Below, in pieces: positions 13,401 to 25,430 of a stretch of 64,000 nucleotides of DNA (its first letter is position 1; the number at the start of each line of letters is the position of its first letter). The stretch is from contig NC_057718.1 in assembly GCF_004010195.1 (NCBI RefSeq), forward strand, positions 639,893 through 703,892, written 5' to 3'. Below the pieces are notes generated by a model. The model ran no database searches and was not told where the DNA came from. It saw only the letters and a list, made by a program, of their open reading frames with translations. The stretch is from Chiloscyllium plagiosum. Its lineage: Eukaryota. The position numbers and the translations under genes are program-made.

Positions 13401-13700
13401 CTCTGAGACATCCTTGATCCTGGCACCAGGGAAGCAACACACCATTCTGATGTTTCGCTGCTGACCACAGAAACGTCTGTACCTCGGACGAGAGAGTCCC
13501 CAACACAATCGATTGCTTGGAACCCAACGTACCCCTCATTAGGTTAGAGCCAGTCTCAATACCAGAAACTTGGCTGCTCTTGCTGCATTACCCTGAGTGT
13601 CCATCACCCCCACATTTTCCAAAACAGCATGCTTGTTTGAAATGGGGATAGCCACAGAAGACTCCTGCACTACCTGTCTGCCTCTCTTACCTTTCCTGGA
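10470..13700. mobile_element. Decayed CR1 fragments (RT, ORF1, endonuclease) interrupted by PLE pieces at about 11570-11890 and 12870-12960
   Basis: [41 protein letters not shown] motifs. Confidence 0.8.
12871..12898 (+). ncRNA. Minimal type I hammerhead ribozyme core (family A), sense strand in an RPL7L1 intron
   Basis: CUGAAGA-A-GGGC-UUAU-GCCC-GAAA-CG-UC: conserved core, 4-bp stem II, palindromic ACGU in place of stem III; activity not shown. Confidence 0.7.
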
Positions 13701-14213
13701 GTTAATACAGTCATGTAGATGGGTACATTGTTGCCATTAGGATAAGCTTTTAATTCCAGATTTTATTGAATACAAGTTTTGCTATCTGTGACAGCAGGAT
13801 TTGAATCACACTCAGCAGGACATTAGCTTGGTGTCCAGTGATGTTATTGTTATACCACTGTGTCCCCTGAAGCTTTTCTAATTATGTTATGTGGTTTGTA
13901 TCAAATTCTGTTTGGTACAATCCCTGTGAGGAGTCACTTTGTGAAGGTTTGCTACATTCAATCTGCTGTATAAATGTAAATTGTTGATTTGCAGGTTCAA
14001 ATCTTTGGAGTTGAACTCAGGGACATGTGCTACTGACTATACCGTAGATATAGAAGGGAGGCAGGGTCGTGCTCTTCATTAATGATGAGATTCAGGCAAT
14101 AGGCAGAGATGATATAGGATCTAAGGAGCAAAATGTTAGCGGGTTTTGAGAAAATTTGTAGCTCAGGTTGAGGTTCTGGATGTAATTTGCTCACTGAGCT
14201 GGAAGGTTCGTTT

Positions 14214-14253
14214 TCAGACGTTTCATCACCCTACTAGGTAACATCATCAGTGA
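14214..14253 (-). ncRNA. Minimal hammerhead core (family C, Poseidon-like terminal repeat)
   Basis: Reverse strand UCA-CUGAUGA-U-GUUACC-UAGUAG-GGUGAU-GAAA-CG-UC-UGA; stem I UCA/UGA; inside a short PLE repeat at about 14140-14260. Confidence 0.6.
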
Positions 14254-16020
14254 GCCTCCATCCAGCAAAGTGTTAATCCATTTGGGTGGAGATCAGGAAT
14301 AGTAAGGGGGAAGAGGTCACTGATGAGAGTAGTCTATAGGGCATCCAATAATAATGCTATAGTGGCACAAGTGATCAATGAGGAAATATCTGACATATGT
14401 AAGAATGGAAAGGCAGTAGTCAAGTAGGACTTTAACATGCACATTGATTGGCCGAATCAAGTTGGCGGAGGTAGTCTTGAAGATGGGTTTGTAGAACTAA
14501 TCCATTATAACTTTCTTGAACAGCATGTTACCAAATCTACAAGGGCACATGCAATCTTAGATCTGGCCCTGCGTAATGAGATAGGTAAAATTAATTATCT
14601 CGTAGTTAATGATTCTTTGGGAAAGAGTGATCACAGTATGGTTGAATTTTGGATACAAATGGAGGATGATATAGTATCATCTAAAACCAGGGTGTTATGC
14701 TTAAACAAGGGAGACTATAATGGGATGAGGAAGGAGTTGGTTAATTAGACTGGGACCACAATTTATTTGGTGGAACAGTGGAGGGCCTTCAAAGAGATTC
14801 TTCGCAGTGATTAAAGAAAGTGTATTCTGGTCAAAAACAAGGATAGCAAGAGTAGGAAGAGCCAGCCTTGGATACCCAAGGAAATAAAGGAAGGCATCCA
14901 ATTAAAAGCTCAGGCTGACAAAGTAGCCAAGAGGAGTGGGAAACAGGAAGATTGGGTAAATTTTAAAAAGCAATAAAGAATGGAAAAATAGATTATGAAT
15001 GCAAGCTAGCATAGTATATAAAACAGGTAAGAATAGTTTTTATAAGTATCTAAAATGGAAAAGAGTGGCTAAAGTGGACATAGGTCCCTTGCAGGATGAG
15101 AAAGTGGAATTAATATTGAGTAATACTGAAACAGCCAAGGCTTGAATAACTATTTGGTGTCAGTCTTCACAATGGGAGGTGTGTCTAACATGCCAAAGGA
15201 TGTTCAGGATACAATGGGAGGTGAGGACCTCAATTCAATTGTTATCACTAAAGCAGTAGTGTTGAGCAAACTTGAGAGTCTAAAGGTAGATAAATCCCTG
15301 GTCCTGATGGAGTGCATCCCAGGGTGCTGAATGAAATGGCGGAAGTTATAGTAGGTGTGTTAGTGTTAATTTACCTAAGTTTACTGGACTCCAAGCAGGT
15401 CCCAGCATACTGGAAGTCCGTGAATGTCACGCTGCTGTTTAAAAAAGTGTGCAGGCAAAAGGCAGGTAACTTAAGATCTGTAGTCAGGAAAATGCTGGAC
15501 CTATTATTAAAGAAGAAATAGTGAAACATCTGGATTGAAAGAGTTCCATCAGGCATACGCAGCATGAATTCAGGAAGGGAAGGTCATGTTTGACAAACTT
15601 ACTGGAGTTCTTTGAGGATGTAACAAGCATGGTGGCTGGAGGGGAAAAGGTGGATGTTGTACACTTGGATTTCCAGAAGGCATTCGATAAGATGCCACAT
15701 AAAAGACTCATCCGTAAGATAAGGATGCATGGAGTTTTGGTGAATGTACTAGCATGGATAGAGGACTGGTTAACCAATAGAAAGCAGAGTTTTGGGATAA
15801 ATGGGTGTTTCTCTGGTTGGAGATCAGTGGTGACCAGGGTACTGCAGGAGTTAGTGTTGGGCCTGCTACTGTTCATGAAACACATTAATGATTTGGAAGA
15901 AGAGACTGAGTGTAACATCCAAGTTTGCTGATGACACTAAATTGAGTGGAAAAGCAAAATATGCAGATGTGAAGGGTCTGCAGAGAGATTTACATAGATT
16001 AAGGTTAAAAATCACACAAC

Positions 16021-16228
16021 TGAAAATGTGTTGCTGGAAAAGCGCAGCAGGTCAGGCAGCATCCAAGGAGCAGGAGAATCGACGTTTCGGGCATCAGCCC
16101 TTCTTCAGGAACGGCTCATGCCCGAAATGTCGATTCTCCTGCACCTTGGATGCTGCCTGACCTGCTGCGCTTTTCCAGCAACACATTTTCAGCTCTGATC
16201 TCCAGCATCTGCAGTCCTCACTTTCTCC
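16021..16228. mobile_element. Fold-back family A PLE mini-element with 15-bp TSD, nested in a family B fold-back element (about 16001-16427)
   Basis: Inverted arms about 16021-16104 and 16115-16192; TSD taaaaatcacacaac at 16006-16020 and 16229-16243. Confidence 0.88.
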
Positions 16229-17029
16229 TAAAAATCACACAACACCAAGTTATAGTCCAACGGGTTTATTTCAAACTATAAGCTTTTGGAGCACTATTGG
16301 GGCTGCCCTGACGAAGGAGCAGTGCTCCAAAAGCTTGTAGTTTGAAATAAGCCTGTTGGACTATAACTTGGTGTTGTGTGATTTTTAACTTTGTCTACCC
16401 CAATCCAACACCGGCATCTCCACATCATAGGTTATGTGAGTGGGCAAGGGTCTGGCAGATGGAGTTCAATGTTGGTAAATGTGAGGTTATCCTCTATGGA
16501 AGTAAAAATAATAGGGTCAAACCAAACTATGAAAAAAATGTATTCTTTAACTCCAAAAGAGAACATTAAACAACAACTATTCACACTCTAAGCCTCCTTT
16601 CCCTTAAAGATTTGTTATCTACCTCCCACTCTATAACAATATACTGATCCAGTAAAGCCCTTACTAAATTTACAGCAAATCAGTTTTCAAAACCAGACCG
16701 CAGTTGTCGTTTTGGGTGTCGAACTTCCTCTGTTTGTAGATTTCCCTGGGTCAGCTTCAATCTTCCGCAGCAAAGATGTTTCATGTGGAAAAGGTACCTT
16801 TCAGAGAGAGGGTTTGCAGGTAGTCTATCGACACTAGAAGGTGCTCTTTCTCCGGCTAACCGTCCAAAATACCTGCTTTTTATACACCAAACTATTGGAT
16901 CGTCTCATTGGTTCAATGTCATCAAAACAGTAAAATTCAAATTCGATTGGTTTTTAGTATCTTGGGGCATAATTTAAACTGATTACGTTCAAACTGCTGT
17001 GAAAACATAGCAGCCAAACTCAGGTACTT

Positions 17030-18800
17030 GTGGATGTAAGTTTGCTAGAAGGTTCATTCATTTGCAAACGTTTCTTCACCATTCTAGGTAACACCACCAT
17101 TGAGCCTCCTACTTATGTGTTATGTGCTATTGAGTTTTCTATCTTTGTGTTTGGGTTTCCTTGGGTTGGTGATGTCATTTCCTTTGGTGATGTCAGTTCC
17201 TATTCTTTTTCTCAGCGGGTGGTAAATGGGGTCAAAGCCAATGTGTTTATTGATAGAGTTTAGATTAGATTAGATTACATTAGATTAGATTGCATTACAG
17301 TGTGGAAACAGGCCCTTTGGCCCAACAAGTCCACACCGACCCGCTGAAGCGCAACCCACCCATACCCCTACATTTACCCCTTACCTAACACTACGGGCAA
17401 TTTAGCATGGCCAATTCACCTGACCTGCACATCTTTGGACTGTGGGAGGAAACCGGAGCATCCGGAGGAAACCCACGCAGACACGGGGAGAACGTGCAAA
17501 CTCCACACAGTCAGTCACCTGACGTGGGAATTGAACCCGGGTCTCTGGCGCTGTGAGGCAACAGTGCTAACCACTGTGCCACCGTGTCGTTCTGGTTAGA
17601 ATGCCATGCATCTAGGAATTCTCGTGCATGTCTCTGTTTGGCTTGTCCTAGGATGGATGTGTTGTCCCAGTCGAAGTGGTGTCCTTCGTCATCTGTATGA
17701 AAGTTTACTAGTGAGAGTGGGTTGTGTCTTTTTGTGGCTAGTTGATGTTCATGTATCCTGTTGGCTAGTTTTCTGCCTGTTTGTCCAATGTAGTGTTTGC
17801 TACAGTTCTTGCAAGGTATTTTGTAAATGATATTAGTTTTGCTTGTTGTCTGTAAGGGTCTTTTAAGTTCACTAGCCGCTGCTTTAGTGTGTTGTGGGCT
17901 ACCATGATGCCAAGAGGTCTGAGTCGTTTGGCAGTCATTTCCGAGATGTCTGATGTAGGGGAGAGTGGCTAGGGTTTCTGGGTGCGTTTTGTTTCCTTTT
18001 TTGGGTTTGTTGCTGAGAAATCGGCGGACTGTGTTCGTTAAGTACCCATTCTTTTTGAATACACTGTATAGGTGATTTTCTTCTGCTCTTCGTAGTTCCT
18101 CTGTGCTGCATTGTGTGGTGGCTCATTGAAATAATGTTTTAATGCAGCTTTGTTTGTGGGTGTTGGGATGGTTTGTTTCTGTCGTTCAGTATTTGGTCAG
18201 TATATGTTGCTTTCCTGTAGATGCTGGTTTGAAGTTCCCCATTGGCTGTTAGCTCTACTGTGACATCTAGGAATGGCAGTTTGTTGTTATTTTCCTCCTC
18301 TTTAGTGAATTTTATGCCAATAATTTAATGCCAAGAACTGTATCAAACACTGCATTGGACAAACAGACAGAAAACTGGCCACCAAGATACATGAACACCA
18401 ACTAGCCAAAAAAGCGACATGACCCACTCTCACTAGTATCCTTACATATAGATGAGGAAGGACAACACTTCCACTGGGACAACACATTCATCCTAGGACA
18501 AGCCAAATACAACATGCACGAGAATTCCTCGAAGCATGGCATTCTAACTGGAACTCTATCAAAATAACACATCAACTTGGACCCCATTTACTACCCTCTG
18601 GAAAAAAAGAACATGAAATGACATCACCAACCCAAGGAAACCTAAACACATAAATAGAAAGTGGGTCACTAACACCAGTGCTTCACTGGAGGCTCAATGA
18701 TGGTGTTACTTAGTATGGTGACGAAATGTCTGAAAATGAACCTTCCAGCTCAGGGAGCAAGCCAACATCCAGAACCCCAACCTGAGCTACAAATCTTCTC
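17030..18800. mobile_element. Poseidon-like PLE 3' fragment (minus) with an inverted copy of its terminal region (plus, about 18325-18800)
   Basis: GIY-YIG region on both strands; terminal repeat ...cctgagctacaaatcttctc; interrupted by an HE1 SINE. Confidence 0.85.
17260..17587 (-). mobile_element. HE1-type tRNA-derived V-SINE, near full length
   Basis: Reverse strand: A box GGTGGCACAGTGG, B box GGTTCAATTCC, central GTGTGGAGTTTGCACGTTCTCCCCGTGTCTGCGTGGGTTTCCTCC, (TCTAA)n tail. Confidence 0.9.
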
Positions 18801-18979
18801 AGAACACGCTATCAGGTATTTGTTTCACAGCCAAAGGTTACATACTTTCAATTTTCCAGTACACGCTGAGACTGCGGTCAGTCACATGACAGGTGCCTGC
18901 ATTCACTCCCACTTAAAGTACAGTAATCACCTTCAACTTCATAACAAATCACTAGAAGTTGATTACCTGCTGCACCTGC

Positions 18980-19630
18980 AAATCAGAATGTTGGCTTTCA
19001 TTGCTAGAGGGATTAAATTTAAAAGCAGGGAGGTTTTGCTGCAATTGTACAAGGTATTGAGGCTGTACCTGGAGTATTGTGCTCACTTCTGGTCTCCTTA
19101 TTTGAGGAAGGATATCCTGGCTTTGGAGACGGTGCAAAGGAGGTTCACCAGGTTGATTCCAGATATGAGGGGGTTATCCTACGAGGACAGGTTAAGCCAC
19201 GTGGGACTATACTCGCTAGAATTTAGAAGAATGAGAGGGGATCTTGTAGAAACATAAAATTATGAAAGGGATAGATAAGGTAGAGGCAGGTTGTTTCTGC
19301 TGGTGGGTGAGATTAAGACTGGCCTAGGGGACATGGCCTCAAGAGTAGGGGGAGTAGATTGAGGACAGAGGTGAGGAGGAACTGCTTTTCCCGGAGTGTA
19401 GTGAATCTATAGACTTCTCTGCCCAAGGAAGTAGTAGGGGCAGCTTCATTAAATATATTCCAGACACAGTTGAGTGGATTTTTGCATGGTTGAGGAATTA
19501 AGGGTTATAGGGATAATGCAGGTTGGAAGATCTGAGATGAGTGATAGCTCAGCCATGATCTTAATGAATGGTGGAGCCGGCTCGATGGGCCAAATGGCCT
19601 GCTCCTGCTTCTATTAGTATGAAACTATAA
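18980..19630 (+). mobile_element. CR1 3' end fragment
   Basis: REVLLQLYKVLR.YLEYC..FWSPYLRKDILALETVQRRFTRLIP. Confidence 0.88.
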
Positions 19631-19882
19631 CTGTACAGATGGGCAATGCAGAAATCTACTTTAACCTGTGCCAATGCAATAATGAAGAGAAAGAGGGTCA
19701 AACTTCAGGAGGGGACATTGGGAAACAATATCTAGATGGTAGATAAATGAACTGGTGAGAAAGTTTACGATCTTGTATCATGTTGGTTTGAGTAGTATGG
19801 AATGGAAAATGCTTCGTACTTCAGTGCAGTCACATAATGCTACTGATATGTACGTCCCATGCATTTTGTTTTCTCTTCATAG

Positions 19883-19992
19883 GTTTCCCAACTTGAAATC
19901 CATTCGTGAACTGATTCTGAAACGGGGCCAAGCAAAAGTCAACAAGAAGTGTGTAGCTTTAACCGACAATGCAATCATTGAGCAGCATCTGG
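19883..19992 (+). CDS. RPL7L1: RPL7L1 internal coding exon (110 nt)
   Basis: ttttctcttcatAG acceptor, GTAGGT donor; encodes [36 protein letters not shown]; phases match both neighbours. Confidence 0.96.
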
Positions 19993-20259
19993 GTAGGTAT
20001 CAATTCTGTTGCCGCAATCTCATCACCAAGAAAGAATAGTGATAATGGACATACTGCATTGATTTACAGCACAGGAGGAGGCTGTTTGGGTCACAAGGTA
20101 AAAATAGGAAGACTAAATAGGTTGACACCATTCAAAGTTAACAAGTCACCTATTCCAGATGACATCCATCCCATGTTGCTAATGCAAACTAGGGTAGAGT
20201 TGGAAGAAATGCTTTTAACAATCTTTCAATCCTCCTTAGTGATTTCAGAGAAGTGAAGG

Positions 20260-20578
20260 ATCCCTACAGTGTGGAAACAGGCCCTTCGGTCCACACTGAC
20301 CCACCGGAGAGTATTCCACCCAGACCCATTTCCCCATTATTCTACATTTACCCCTGACTAATGCACCTAACTTATATAGCCCTGAACACTATGGAATTTA
20401 GCATGGCCAGTTCCCATAACCTGCACATCTTTGGATTGTGGGAGGAAACTGGAGCACCCGAAAGAAATCCACGCAGACACGGGGAGAATGTGCAAACTCC
20501 ACACAGGCAGTCACCCAAGTCTGGAATCGAGCCCAGGCCCCTGGCACAGTGAGGCAGCAGTGAGACACCATGCTGCCC
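20260..20578 (-). mobile_element. HE1-type V-SINE
   Basis: Homologous to 17260-17587. Confidence 0.85.
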
Positions 20579-20714
20579 CTGATTGGTTATATTCCATCCC
20601 TCTTCAAAAAACAAGAGGAATAATCTTGTCAACTTCAGGCTATTCACTCTAATGAGGGAAAACGACTTGAGACCATTGTCAAGAACAGGATTTGTTTTCA
20701 CTTACAGAGAGGTT

Positions 20715-22160
20715 GTATAGGTCAATGGTGAGGCCTCTTCTGGAATACTGTGTCCACTTCTTTTGCCCAGTTATACAAATGATATTACTAAGCTAGAGAG
20801 GGTTCAGAAGAGATGAACCAGGATGTTGCCAGGTATGGAAGGTTTGAGTTAAAAAGAAGAGCTGGATAGACTGGCACTTGTTTCACTGGAGCACAGGAGG
20901 TTGAGAGGCGACCTTATAGAAGTTTATAAAATAATGAGAGGTATGTATAAGGTTAATAGTAGTTGTATTTTCCCTAGGATGGTGGAATTTCAGGATTCGG
21001 GGGCACAGTTTTTAAGGTGAGAGGAGAGAGATTAAAGAAGTATTGAGGTGCAAGCGTTTTACAGAGGGTGCTTTGTGTGGAATGAACTTTGTGGGGAAGT
21101 GGTGGATGTGGATACAATTTGTGCTTAAAAGACATTTGTGCAGGTATATGAATGGGAAAGGTTTGGAGGGATATGTGTCAGGAGCAGGCAGGTGAGACTA
21201 GTTAGGTATGGGATTATGTTCAGCATGAACTGGTTGAACCAAAGGGTCTATTTCTGTGCTGTATGACTCTATAAGTTAAGAAGGGACGGCCGGCACAGAA
21301 GGCAAATGATGTCTGACTAATCTGATTAGTATTTTGTAGTAGTAGAAAGGGTTAGTGATCTAAGTACAGCAGATACAAAGCATTTGGAAAGAAAATACAG
21401 AATTATTCAGAAAATAAAAACACTTGTTATTATAAGGACAACGGTAATTTCAGTGTGAAAAGATAATATTGGGTGAAAGGATATTTATTGACTAACAGAA
21501 GTTCTTCTTGTGACCTATAAACCCTTGATGTCCGGTTGTATTACCATCACTGAATCTATCGCTATCATCCTAGGGGTTACTATTGACCAGAAATTGAACT
21601 TGATCAACTGTATAAGAATGTCTTGCTGCACATATACAGGTTATTGGTGAGGCCACACCTGGAATATTGTGTTCAGATTTGATCTGCTTATCTCAGGAAG
21701 AATGCTCTTCATGAGTGGGAGTGCAGTGAAGGTAAACCAAATTGATTCCTTGGATGGGAGGACTGACTTATGAGGAGCAATTGAGTTGGTTAGGATTGTA
21801 TTCACCTGAGTTCAGAAGAATGAAGGAGATCTCAGAAACCTATAAGGAAGGATATTCCTGATGGTGGAGGAGTGCAGAACCATGGGTCATTGCTTAAGGA
21901 TAAGGATTAAATCGTTTAGTACAAAAATGTGCAATTTCTTAACCCAGAGAGTGGTGAGCCTGTGGAAATTACTACCACAGAAAGTGTTTGAGGCCAAAAC
22001 ATTATTTTCAAGAAGGAGGTAGGTACAGTTTGTGTGGCTAAAGGGTTCAAGTGAAATGGGTGAGGGCAGGTTTGGTGTATCGAGCTCAATGATCAGCCAT
22101 GATCTTATTGAAAGGCAGAGCAGGCTTGAAAGGCCTCCTCCTCCTCTTATTTTATTTGTT
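20715..22160 (+). mobile_element. Two decayed CR1 3' fragments (about 20715-21275 and 21615-22160)
   Basis: LVRP.LEYCV, RRLRGDLIEVYKI motifs and CR1-type 3' tails. Confidence 0.8.
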
Positions 22161-22694
22161 GATATGTACAATTACTGTGACTGCAAAAGCAGGTCAGAGC
22201 TGGGAATATAAGAAATAGGAGCAGGAGTGGCCATTCAGCCCTCAACTCCTCTTTCATGTAGCTCCTCATAAACCTCAACATCTCAGTATTTCAAAATGTA
22301 CCATTTCCTCTTTAAATACTTCATGATTTAGCCTCCACATCTCTCTGAAAGAGAATTGCAAGCATTCACTTGCATCCGGACTCCCCTAAGCCTGTCCATC
22401 ATCTACAAGACACAAGCCAGGAATATGATGAGTGCAGCCATTTTTTGGAAGATTGCACCTCTAATAACACTCCAGAAACACCATTAGGACAAAGCAGCCT
22501 ATTTGATTGACACCCCATTCATCGCCTTCAACGCTCACTCCCTTCAACACTGACACGTAGTAGCAGCAGTGTGTACCATTTTAAGATACATTGGTGCAAA
22601 GTATCCATATTCCTTCCATAGCGCTTTCTAAGCCCTGCCTGAAGGGGTGGTGCAAACAAATTAAACAGTAACTTCCCAATGTAACTCTACGTAA

Positions 22695-23005
22695 GTGGCA
22701 ATATCACTGGTGTAGTAGTTGAGAACCGCATGGTGTTGGCCTGTGGATGTAGGTTTGAATCCCACCATGGCAGATAGTGAAATCTGAATTTATTAAAAAT
22801 CTGGGATGCATAAATAAGCTGATGGCAACCATGTATCCGCTGTTGATTATCATGAAACCTGTATGGTTCACTAATATCCTTTACTGAAGGAAATCTATTC
22901 CTCTTACCTGGTGTTGCCTGCATGTGATTCCAGACGTACAGCAATGTGATTGACTCTTAATTACTGCTGGTCTCGCCAGGGCCACCCACATCCCATGAAT
23001 TTATG
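22695..23005 (+). mobile_element. SacSINE-like Deu-domain SINE (related copies near 54710-54930 +, 7780-7980 -, 13730-13860 -, 43530-43620 -)
   Basis: tRNA-like head ggtttgaatcccaccatggcag and conserved ggttcactaatatcctttactgaaggaaatct core. Confidence 0.65.
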
Positions 23006-23105
23006 AAAAGAAAATTGGAAGGAACGAAAATTATGGGGATATGGGAACAAGAAGGAATGTGGGTCAAATTAGATATTCAGTATATAATCGGTGTAGGCAT
23101 AATGG

Positions 23106-23328
23106 GTCGAGAGTGTGGTGCTGGAAAAGCACAGCAGGTCAGGCAGCATCCAAAGAGCAGGAAAATTGATATTTTAGGCAAAAGCCCTTCATCAGAAAAC
23201 CTTCCTGATGAAGGGCTTTTGCCCAAAACATCAACTCTCCTGCTCCTCGCATGCTGCTTGACCTGCTGTGCTTTTCCAGCAACACACATTCAGCTCTAAT
23301 CTCCAGCATCTGCAGTCCTCACTTTCAC
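23106..23328. mobile_element. Fold-back family A PLE mini-element with two decayed hammerhead cores and a 13-bp TSD
   Basis: Inverted arms; gcccttcatcag / ctgatgaagggc centre; TSD gtagg(c/t)ataatgg at 23093-23105 and 23329-23341. Confidence 0.85.
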
Positions 23329-23818
23329 GTAGGTATAATGGACCCAGTGGCCTCTTTCTGAGCTCAAACAATTCTGTGCACTACCTTAGGTAAATAACTC
23401 TTCATGGAGAGTGAGAATGAAAATGAGAAAAATGACAGTGTAAATAAGTTGAAAGAATTTGAGGGTTATAACATTATGGCAACAAGGTAACGTTGCCATC
23501 GTCCCAGAGGATCATAGGCTGTTCTCCATTGGAGCCAACTGGAACTGATTTAATCCAAGGGTCATCATACCTCAGGTGAGGAGAAGGTAGGAGCTTTATG
23601 GTAACCTCAGCTGGTGCAGGAATTGAACCTATGATGTTGGCATCACGCTCTATTGCAAACTAGCCATCCAAACAATTGAGCTAAGGATGGGCAATAAATG
23701 CTGGTCCAGCCAGAGATACCCACATATTGTGAAATACAGGCACTTCCATTTGCTTTATTGTAGTATTATATAAACTAATACAGTTTATATTCACTTTATT
23801 ATTTTATTTTGTCTATAG

Positions 23819-24027
23819 GAAAATGGGGAATGATTTGTCTTGAGGACTTGATACATGAAATCTATAGTGTGGGAAAATCATTCAAGGAGGCCGTGAACTT
23901 TCTTCGGCCCTTCAGATTGTCTGTAGCTCGACATGCAGCAAGAAACAAAGTGGGATTTCTCCATGATTTTGGAAAGACGGGGAATCGTGGAGAAGAAATC
24001 AATAAACTGATTCGGCAGCTCAATTAA
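23819..24027 (+). CDS. RPL7L1: RPL7L1 last coding exon, ending at TAA
   Basis: T-rich tract + tctatAG acceptor; encodes [16 protein letters not shown]...[46 protein letters not shown] and LIRQLN are RPL7L1-type rather than RPL7-type. Confidence 0.96.
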
Positions 24028-24796
24028 AGGTAAAGGGATAGATTTGAATTGCCCTCCATGCAGATTAAAGTCAAAGGAGGTTGAAGTGCATTGATTGCCT
24101 AGATATGAAATTGGTTAAAATGACTTGTAAAGACCTTTTTTTGGGGGCTATATACTTAAAAAAAAAAATACTGGTTGAAACAGAGGACTCTGGAACGTGA
24201 TGTTACAGTTTTAGTAGAACTCATTAAGATTGTACTTAATGTTGCCTTATTTTCACAGTGAGGGATAATGCTAGACATTTCCTTACCACGTGATTGTGTT
24301 CAGAACAGTCTTGCCCAGAAAACGTTTGTTTTTTTTCCATCAGAATCAACTGTGTGCTGAAGAATGCGCAACATCATAACTTCCTGATAGAAAACAAAAA
24401 CAGAAATTGTTGGAAAAACTCCTTGGGTTTGCAGCATCAATGGAAAGTGATGTTCAGAAGAAAGTTCACTGGACCTGAAACGCTAACTCTGGTTTCTGTC
24501 CACAGGTATTGCCAAACCTGCTGAGTTTTTCAACAATTTCTGTTTAGTTTTTGGTTTCCAGCATCCACAGTTCTTTTGTTGTTTTCTTTAGTTTTTAACT
24601 TCTTGTTAGGTTCTTGGGCGAGTAGCTGAAGCCTTGTTAGTAGATGTGAAGCTGGAAAAGCACAACAGGTCATACAGTATCCGAGGAGCAGGAAAGTCAA
24701 CAATTCAGGCCAAAACCCTCCTTTAGGAGGCTAAAGCCTTGTGTTTGAACAACAGAGGGGCTTGTAGCCTACAAACAGAAAGCACCAATGCCCATA

Positions 24797-25020
24797 GAAT
24801 CCCTACAGTGCGAAAGCAGGCCATTGGGTACACACCTACTGTCCAAAGAGCATCCCACCAGACCCACGCCCTACATTTACTATGGCTAGTCTGCACATCC
24901 ACCTAAACTACATATCTTTGCATGGTGGGAAGAAACCAGAGCACTCAGAGGAAACCACGCAGACACGGGAGAATGTGCACACTCCACACAGTCACCCGAG
25001 AGTGGAATTGAACCCAGGTC
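24797..25020 (-). mobile_element. HE1-type V-SINE, partial (another partial copy near 62755-62945)
   Basis: Homologous to 17260-17587. Confidence 0.75.
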
Positions 25021-25382
25021 CTTCTTATTAACCAACACCTATGGAACCCTAAATGTAGTGATGATCAAATATTCCTTTTGATCAAAGGATTCATATAATC
25101 AATGTAAAACACATATTAAATAATACAAATGTAAGGTGTACACATTGCTGTAATACTTTACTTACAGCAGAAATCATTTAAATAATAACACAACTTAACA
25201 GCAAAGAGTCTTATCTCTTGCAATCACATCCTCCATTGTCTACTGTGACATTGCGAAGATCGTGATAATATGGTGAACTTGCGGTATTTCAAGTATGTAA
25301 TTTTTTGCTGGTTTATCAAGAGCTTTGGTTCATAAGGTGCTGGTTAAAACAAAGTTTGCTGTACCTAAATCTCGCTCGCGCG

Positions 25383-25430
25383 CTCTCTCTCTCTCTCTCT
25401 CTCTCTCTGTTTCTTGCTCTCTCTCTCTCG
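25383..25430. repeat. (CT)n microsatellite, possibly within a decayed solo LTR extending to about 25995
   Basis: Visible dinucleotide run; the LTR call rests only on a TGACA-ending segment. Confidence 0.7.

Larger units (their letters stand above)
14030..16500 (+). mobile_element. Long decayed CR1 ORF2 fragment (endonuclease to RT) carrying nested PLE insertions
   Basis: FLEQHVTKSTR..AILDL, SDHSMVEF, TNLLEFFEDVT, VDVVHLDFQKAFDK, KFADDTKL, WQMEFNVGKCEV. Confidence 0.88.

Noticed and set aside
15888..16160. Recurrent peptides MCCWKSAAGQAASKEQENRRFGH / PEEGLMPETSILL in several ORFs as a small-protein family
   Set aside because: They are translations of the two strands of the non-coding family A repeat, with no consistent start, stop or splice context
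17500..17587. tRNA gene (A and B boxes)
   Set aside because: It is the tRNA-derived head of an HE1 SINE, continuous with the SINE body and tail
7281..24027. Canonical RPL7 or a processed pseudogene
   Set aside because: The C-terminus is RPL7L1-type, and the exons have canonical introns with consistent phases
24001..24170. AATAAA at 24001 and the A-run near 24158-24168 as the RPL7L1 poly(A) site
   Set aside because: The AATAAA is inside the CDS (codons N-K) and the A-run is genomic
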